DNA of 54,942 nucleotides from a virus (Duplodnaviria; Caudoviricetes): IMG/VR virus record IMGVR_UViG_3300036766_000429, positions 1 to 54,942 of that record; one strand, 5' to 3'. Shown piece by piece: positions 49,068 to 54,942 of this stretch (position 1 is its first letter; each line of letters starts with the position of its first letter). The notes under the pieces were generated by a model. It saw only the letters and a program-made list of their open reading frames with translations, ran no database searches and was not told where the DNA came from. The position numbers and the translations under genes were made by a program.

Positions 49068-50050
49068 AGACGGCAATTATTTTGCACGGCAATCTTAGAA
49101 CATTTTTTATGCCGTTACGAGAATCTGCCGGTAGACTGTGTGATTCTTTTATGAAAAACATCGTTATACCAAATAATGCCGACGTATTTATATTCACTGA
49201 CACTAATGACTTTTATCACAACGGTGTGCAATATTACGCAACTGATCGTCGTATTGAAATTCTTAACGACAATGCTTATCGTTTATACCACAAAGTAGAT
49301 TTCATTTCAAATGACCAAGCTAGACATATTATAAATGAAGAAATTAATGCTCTTGGCCCAAATATAAAGGCAATTAATGTAGAAGATCCGTTTGACGCAA
49401 CTACAGACCCAAAATTTAAAATTTTAAACGACGCAAACGTAAAAGGCAGTAGTCCTGAGCTTTTAATACACCAATTTAGGAAACTTAAATTGTGTTACGA
49501 AATGATTAAGACATATGAACAAGAAAATAATTTTAAATATGAGCTACTTGTAAAATGGCGTCCCGATATATCTGCTCCAAACTATGGCGAACTTAAATTT
49601 CATGAATATGATTATGTAAATAATGATATTTATGTTGCCGGCAATCATTCTCCAATTATTTATGATTGGCATGCTTTTGGCCGACCGCGGCCTATGGATT
49701 ATTGCCTTTCTCTTTATGATAGGCTTGGCAACTATTTACACGAAGGCTTAGTTTTTATTTGTGATAAATGTAGGTACTATGGCGAGCACAACGTTTGTCA
49801 AATGTGTGGCAAAATAGATTATATGTCAGAAATAACACTTGCTCCAGAATATCATTTGTTTCGTATTTATAAAGAAAATAATATAAAAATCAGAAATTCT
49901 GGATACGACGCTTATCCGTACAGATATAAAAACACCAACGTAAATACACCGATAGATGAAGTTATGAATGAATTAAATATTAATGCAACTTTGGTAACAT
50001 ACTCTACAGGAATTGACATAAAAAAAACGCTATATAAAGAAAGGAAATAA
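49064..50050 (+). CDS. Putative glycosyltransferase-like protein, paralog of 47610..48281
   Basis: AIILHGNLRTF, DVFIFT, YELLVKWRPD, DWHAFG; small CxxC...CxxC insertion. Confidence 0.5.
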   Translation: MKTAIILHGNLRTFFMPLRESAGRLCDSFMKNIVIPNNADVFIFTDTNDFYHNGVQYYATDRRIEILNDNAYRLYHKVDFISNDQARHIINEEINALGPNIKAINVEDPFDATTDPKFKILNDANVKGSSPELLIHQFRKLKLCYEMIKTYEQENNFKYELLVKWRPDISAPNYGELKFHEYDYVNNDIYVAGNHSPIIYDWHAFGRPRPMDYCLSLYDRLGNYLHEGLVFICDKCRYYGEHNVCQMCGKIDYMSEITLAPEYHLFRIYKENNIKIRNSGYDAYPYRYKNTNVNTPIDEVMNELNINATLVTYSTGIDIKKTLYKERK

Positions 50051-50052
50051 TA

Positions 50053-51045
50053 ATGAAGTTTATTTGTCACAGAGGTAATATAAACGGGCCAAATACACAA
50101 TATGAAAATAAACCTGAATATATTCAGAATGCTCTGGCCGCCGGCTATGATGTAGAGGTTGACGTTTGGTTAATGTCTGATGGATTTTACCTTGGGCACG
50201 ATATGCCGCACTATAAAATAGATAAGTATTTTTTAAGAAATCAAAGACTATGGGTTCATTGTAAAAATTCAAAGGCATATTTTGATTTGATAAAACACAA
50301 TGACGTAAATTGTTTCTTTCAAACAGATGAAGAGTTTGTGTTAACATCAAGAGGGTATATTTGGGCACATTCAAAAGCAACAACACGGAATGAAAAAACT
50401 ATTATTGTACAATTAAACTGTAGCGATTGGGATAGATTAAATCCTCCTTTTGCAATTTGTTCAGACTATGTACAGCGTAATAGTACCGACTGGGATGTTT
50501 GCAATCCACAGGCTGTTCCGCAAAATATATCGCAACATAAACTTCCATTTGACTTGTTAATTATAGATATAGATGGAGTTATGACCGATGGAACGAAAAT
50601 GTATGACAAAGAAGGTAAAATATTCGGCAAACGCTACTCAGATCTAGATTTTACGGCAATTAAAAGGTTTATGGCGGCGGGCGTAAATGTTTGTTTTTTA
50701 TCTGGCGACAAAACAATAAACGAAGCAATGGCAAAAACAAGAAAAATTGATTTTTATCATAATGAACCAGGAGTAGATAAGGCAGATATGCTTACAGAAA
50801 TAAAAAAACACTACAAAGCAAATAGCACAGCATATATCGGTGATGATTATTATGATATTTCAATAATGAATTCTGTTAATCTGTCATTTTGCCCCCAAAA
50901 TTCTCCAGCGGCAGTACGGCGTACAGCATCAGCAATAATTAATGTTACTGCTGGTAATGGGGTTATTGCCGGGTTATATGACTTGTTTGAAGAAAAAATT
51001 CCATATGTTTTCCCAAAAGATTCGCCAGATGTCAATCCAAGATGA
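50053..51045 (+). CDS. Fusion of a GDPD/PLC-like phosphodiesterase domain and a KdsC-like HAD phosphatase
   Basis: ICHRGN...EN...DVEVDVW...LGHD...WVHCKN, then DIDGVMTDG, LSGD, K, YIGDDYYD. Confidence 0.8.
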   Translation: MKFICHRGNINGPNTQYENKPEYIQNALAAGYDVEVDVWLMSDGFYLGHDMPHYKIDKYFLRNQRLWVHCKNSKAYFDLIKHNDVNCFFQTDEEFVLTSRGYIWAHSKATTRNEKTIIVQLNCSDWDRLNPPFAICSDYVQRNSTDWDVCNPQAVPQNISQHKLPFDLLIIDIDGVMTDGTKMYDKEGKIFGKRYSDLDFTAIKRFMAAGVNVCFLSGDKTINEAMAKTRKIDFYHNEPGVDKADMLTEIKKHYKANSTAYIGDDYYDISIMNSVNLSFCPQNSPAAVRRTASAIINVTAGNGVIAGLYDLFEEKIPYVFPKDSPDVNPR

Positions 51046-51892
51046 ATATGACCTAACCATACTTGGCAATGCTATTGTGGACGACATTTATTGCACGTCA
51101 ACATGGGCAAAAGAAGGCACCTCCAATACCTTTGAAAGTTATAAGACAGCTATAGGTGGGATAGGCAATATTGTCAAAGCACTTGATGGCAGCAACCTGA
51201 AAATACTGGCGGAGACTGTTATTGGTAACGATTCAGACGGCAACAAAATTATAAAATACTTTGAATCAAAAAAGATTGATACAAATGCTAAAAAGTCCCT
51301 TTTGCCAACAAGCAGGGCTTTAATTTTAAGTAATTTGAAATCAAAAGAACGTACCAGCTTTGTTAGTTGGGGCTGCGGGCAAGATGCAATTACCCCTTCT
51401 TGTAAAAAAACAAAATGGACACACATCTCATATCTAGATACCTTGGCACCATTTGACATAAAAGAAATTCGCAAAAATTCTACTATCATTTCTGCCGACC
51501 TTTGCCTTTCTAATCCGCCAACTGATGTTATAGAGACCACCTTACAGCAATTGTCATATTTAGACTATTTATTTATATCAGAAACGGAAGCTGAATGGCT
51601 AATTGGTAAAAAAATATCTATTAGTTCTGGTTTTGATTTTATAGAAAAATATAGACTTAAAACACTTATTTACCACACAAAACTTAAAACAATAATTATA
51701 AATAGCGAATCATATATCGAAGTACCCGGGCTACATTTAACTATTGAAAACATCAATGTTCTTGGCGCTGGTGATGCATATTGTGCTGGGTTTATCTATT
51801 ATCAGCTAAAAAATAATGAAAATGCTATAAATGCTGCCTTATGGGCACACGAGTCTGCTACTAAATTCATATCAACATATGAAAAGGTATAA
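51029..51892 (+). CDS. PfkB/ribokinase-family carbohydrate kinase (start revised to ATG 51029)
   Basis: ILGNAIVD, GGIGN, IGNDSDG, SETEA, NVLGAGDAYCAGF. Confidence 0.85.
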   Translation: MSIQDEYDLTILGNAIVDDIYCTSTWAKEGTSNTFESYKTAIGGIGNIVKALDGSNLKILAETVIGNDSDGNKIIKYFESKKIDTNAKKSLLPTSRALILSNLKSKERTSFVSWGCGQDAITPSCKKTKWTHISYLDTLAPFDIKEIRKNSTIISADLCLSNPPTDVIETTLQQLSYLDYLFISETEAEWLIGKKISISSGFDFIEKYRLKTLIYHTKLKTIIINSESYIEVPGLHLTIENINVLGAGDAYCAGFIYYQLKNNENAINAALWAHESATKFISTYEKV

Positions 51893-53057
51893 TTTATTGG
51901 TGCCGCTAGCTGGGAAAGGCCAAAGAATGATTAATGGCGGTTACACAGTACCAAAGCCATTAATTTTGGCAGGAGATAGGCACATAATAGATTATTCATT
52001 AGGGTCAATAGATATAACGAACTGTAACTTAATATTTGTCGTTAGAAGAGATCATATTTGTAACTACGCAATTGACAAGGTATTACAGAGCAAATACGGA
52101 AAAGATATAACTATAGTTATTTCAGAGGAAGATACAGACGGATCTGTCTCAAGTTGCTATTTAGCTAAAGATATTATTAATAACGATATTCCTTTAATTG
52201 TATTTTGTCCAGATATATACTTTGAACCAAAATTTGTGCCAACTGACGAAATATTTAAAGATGACGGACTAATTTTGACATTTAAAGCAAATTCCACAAA
52301 TTATAGTTATGTTCAGCATGACGAAAATAACGTAGTAACAAAAACCGCAGAAAAAATAGTCATTAGTGACAACGCTTCTGTTGGTGTTTATTGTTTTAAA
52401 ACCGGAAGAACGTTTTTGCAACTTGCCGAGATTGCAGTTAATACCCGTTTAGCCAATGCGAAAGATGAGCATTATATCTGCCCACTATACAATATGCTTA
52501 TAGCAAAAGGCGGAGTTGTTAGAATAAAACAGGTTCCGTTAATGTATATAATGGGAACCCCGGATGAAATGACTTTTTTTAAGAATGTTATTTTCCCATA
52601 TTTTTTGCAGCGCTCTTTTATATTGTGTTCAGATCACTCTGGGTTTGAGCTAAAAGAATCTGCTAAAAAAATAATTGAAGAATTAAATATTAACTATATG
52701 GATTGTGGATGCTATTCTGCTGATGATTGTGATTATGACGATTATGTGTCACAAGCAGTGGAAACAAAAAAATATTTTCCAGGAGCTATAGTTTTAGGGT
52801 TCTGTAGGTCTGGTCAAGGTGTTAACATATGCGCTAATAAACACAAGGATATTAGAGGCGCCTTAATAACAACTCCGCAGGCTGCCTCTCTTGGCATAAG
52901 ACATAATGCTGCTAATTTTTTCGCTGTTGCGGCCGAAAACACAACAGAAAATGCTATAAGAGAAATAATACAAATATTGATGGTAGAAAAATTTGAAGGA
53001 GGAAGACACCAAAACAGACTGCAAAAAAGATATATAAATGATCGTCTCAAACATTAG
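51879..53057 (+). CDS. Fusion of a sugar nucleotidyltransferase and an RpiB/LacAB sugar-phosphate isomerase (start revised to ATG 51879)
   Basis: LVPLAGKGQRM...PKPLI, AEK, GVYCF, MGTP; then SDHSGFELK, FCRSGQGVNICANK, HNAAN, FEGGRHQNRL. Confidence 0.85.
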   Translation: MKRYNLLVPLAGKGQRMINGGYTVPKPLILAGDRHIIDYSLGSIDITNCNLIFVVRRDHICNYAIDKVLQSKYGKDITIVISEEDTDGSVSSCYLAKDIINNDIPLIVFCPDIYFEPKFVPTDEIFKDDGLILTFKANSTNYSYVQHDENNVVTKTAEKIVISDNASVGVYCFKTGRTFLQLAEIAVNTRLANAKDEHYICPLYNMLIAKGGVVRIKQVPLMYIMGTPDEMTFFKNVIFPYFLQRSFILCSDHSGFELKESAKKIIEELNINYMDCGCYSADDCDYDDYVSQAVETKKYFPGAIVLGFCRSGQGVNICANKHKDIRGALITTPQAASLGIRHNAANFFAVAAENTTENAIREIIQILMVEKFEGGRHQNRLQKRYINDRLKH

Positions 53058-53364
53058 TAAATTTACTGGTGGGTGGTTTATAGGAAATTTTACTCCATCT
53101 TTATTGAAAACTGAAGAGTTTGAAGCGGCTCATCACTTTTATAAAAAAGGATTTAAAGGCACTCCACATACGCATAAGGCGTCTACTGAATATAACTACA
53201 TATTATCAGGAAAACTAATTGCGTCTAATCAAATACTTAGTAGCGGTGATATATTTATTTATGAAAAAAACGATATATCGGATGTAAGTTTTATAGAAGA
53301 TACAAATCTTATTATTATAAAAACACCATCAATTCCTAATGACAAATTTACTGAGGAAAAATGA
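53038..53364 (+). CDS. Cupin-fold protein (possible sugar epimerase/isomerase)
   Basis: GGWFIGNF, PHTHK..TEYNYILSG, GDIF. Confidence 0.65.
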   Translation: MIVSNISKFTGGWFIGNFTPSLLKTEEFEAAHHFYKKGFKGTPHTHKASTEYNYILSGKLIASNQILSSGDIFIYEKNDISDVSFIEDTNLIIIKTPSIPNDKFTEEK

Positions 53365-54038
53365 ATATATACAACAAATCATATTTAAAATACAACCATA
53401 ACTTAGTAGCCCCAAATATAGTTGACGTTGGAGCAAATATAGGAATAGAGGCTATGAAATTATTTGAAATATATCCTGATGGAAAAATTACTCTAGTAGA
53501 GCCGCAAGAAAATAATTGTGATCGCATTAATAATTATATTGAAACTAATAATCTTAAAAATAATTGGTCAGTTTTTAAATGTGCTCTAGATTTAACTTCT
53601 GGATTTAAAGAATTTGGATTCCATCACTTTATGACAGACGGAAGGTTAAACGGATCTTTAGACCCATTTAATTGGAAACAGTGGAATTATGAGGGAACTA
53701 CAAAGGTTGAAACTAAAAGACTTGAAGATATTTGCGCCAATCCAAATATTATAAAGATGGATATAGAAAGACACGAATATATAGTACTTCCGGAAATAGT
53801 AAAAAACAGTAACATAAACATAATGTATGTAGAGATGCATGGGCCGTGTTACGAATTAAATGTTTTAGATTTCCTTGACAATTGTTTAAATGGAACCGGG
53901 CTTGAAGTTACTAGCTGGTTCCACGTTGAACAGCATCAAACTTATATGTCTGGAGAAGATGATATATGTAACAAAGTAGAACCACAACGCGATATAGGGT
54001 GCGGTAGTGACTATACCATAATTATAGAAAGGAATTAA
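53361..54038 (+). CDS. FkbM-family methyltransferase
   Basis: VDVGANIG, LVEP, IKMDIERHE, YVEMH. Confidence 0.85.
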   Translation: MNIYNKSYLKYNHNLVAPNIVDVGANIGIEAMKLFEIYPDGKITLVEPQENNCDRINNYIETNNLKNNWSVFKCALDLTSGFKEFGFHHFMTDGRLNGSLDPFNWKQWNYEGTTKVETKRLEDICANPNIIKMDIERHEYIVLPEIVKNSNINIMYVEMHGPCYELNVLDFLDNCLNGTGLEVTSWFHVEQHQTYMSGEDDICNKVEPQRDIGCGSDYTIIIERN

Positions 54039-54808
54039 TGACAACAAGAAAAGTTACAAGAACCCCAGATCTTTTAGCAAATATTGAACATAAACTTTAT
54101 ACTTCTCCAAGGACTGTTAAAAACAATACGGAAGGGATGAGTTGGAGTTTGCCAGCAGAAGAACTGCTTATTGGTTATGATTGGTATTTGGAAAAATATC
54201 AGCTTATCAATGCCGCTCCGCCAGGGTCAGTTATTATTGATGCTGGGTGTAAAACAGGGGATTGGATTTCTCATGTAAATTTTCTTATTCCAAAACACAC
54301 AAAGAGAATTGGGATTGATCCAATCAATTATAATACAATGCAGCATCACGTTGATTATTATCACGAAGTGGCTTTAGATGATGTTAACGAACCAACAACT
54401 ATGACATTTCATCTGTTTGATGAACCAGGGTGTAATTCATTGTTGTCAAAATCAGATCATCTAAGCATGAGAAATGTACTTAGCACTAAAACAGTGCAAG
54501 TTCAAACGCTTGAGTCAGTTTTACTCCAGCACGTTAGTCCCGCAACAATCATTCAATATGCTAAGTGCGATTGTCAGGGAAAAGACGTAGCAGCAATTAA
54601 AAGCTTACGATCATTTCTTCCATTTACAAAATATGTACAAGTGGAACTATCATTTAGTTGCGATCAACCGTTTTACAATGAACAACCAAGTTATGAAGAG
54701 GACATTGAAACTATGTCCGAGCTAGGATTTGAGCCAATGTTTTGGACAGAGTACCCAAATTCGCCACTGCCAGAAGGCGAAATACTATTCAAGAATAAAA
54801 ATATTTAA
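54038..54808 (+). CDS. FkbM-family methyltransferase
   Basis: IDAGCKTG, GIDP, NSLL, KCDCQGKD, YVQVE. Confidence 0.75.
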   Translation: MTTRKVTRTPDLLANIEHKLYTSPRTVKNNTEGMSWSLPAEELLIGYDWYLEKYQLINAAPPGSVIIDAGCKTGDWISHVNFLIPKHTKRIGIDPINYNTMQHHVDYYHEVALDDVNEPTTMTFHLFDEPGCNSLLSKSDHLSMRNVLSTKTVQVQTLESVLLQHVSPATIIQYAKCDCQGKDVAAIKSLRSFLPFTKYVQVELSFSCDQPFYNEQPSYEEDIETMSELGFEPMFWTEYPNSPLPEGEILFKNKNI

Positions 54809-54942
54809 TGAGCCTATATATATATAGAAAATCAAAAACGTTTACAAGAAGTAAATGCCACATTATCAGGTACACTTCCTGGTATTGGTAAAATTGGTAT
54901 TTTTCTTGCTGGACAAAATGGAGATTTAATTACGGCAATGTC
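54808..54942 (+). pseudogene. Start of a GT9-like gene, out of frame at a (TA)6 tract; truncated by the window end
   Basis: The coupled ATG 54808 frame stops after 27 codons. Another frame is open from 54812 to the end (ENQKRLQEVN...KIGIFLAGQNGDLITAM) but has no ATG/GTG/TTG before the motif. Confidence 0.55.
54815..54826 (+). repeat. (TA)6 dinucleotide tract
   Basis: Read directly from the sequence. Confidence 0.9.

Noticed and set aside
877-53840. Numerous minus-strand and nested short ORFs in the ORF track
   Set aside because: They are shadows of long, motif-bearing + strand genes. The F/L/S-rich ones are simply antisense to Lys/Glu/Asn-rich HNH spacers.
1-54942. Alternative genetic code (TAG or TGA recoding)
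   Set aside because: ORFs up to 2217 aa are intact in code 11, and TAA, TAG and TGA all end genes at sensible, coupled junctions.

Overview
This window looks like part of a large (jumbo-like) AT-rich myovirus genome. All credible genes are on the + strand, use the standard genetic code and are mostly translationally coupled. Positions ~1-34.7 kb form a contractile tail/baseplate module: partial tail-completion gene, sheath, tube, a chaperone pair, tape measure, tube initiator, hub, spike, two unknown proteins, gp25-like, baseplate J/gp6-like, a 2217-aa gpI/gp7-like wedge with LamG domains, and a dockerin-containing protein. Positions ~35.8 kb to the end hold a large glycan biosynthesis cluster: GT4, several GT2, a GT2-GT6 fusion, GT11, GT9-like and other putative GTs, four methyltransferases and sugar-phosphate/nucleotide-sugar enzymes. 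Five related free-standing HNH endonuclease genes sit at gene junctions; one is frameshifted and one has a clear insertion scar. The most notable signal is the tripeptide Asp-Gly-Tyr (DGY). It occurs about 20 times, in clusters and with varied codons, in four virion proteins directly upstream of the glycosylation cluster. This suggests a phage-encoded virion modification (possibly Tyr O-glycosylation) system with its own sequon. Other signals are a candidate 15-bp late-promoter motif, RBS/start-occluding hairpins, a +1-frame chaperone pair and a (TA)6 tract that frameshifts the last gene. All functional calls come from motif recognition and synteny by eye; no searches were run.
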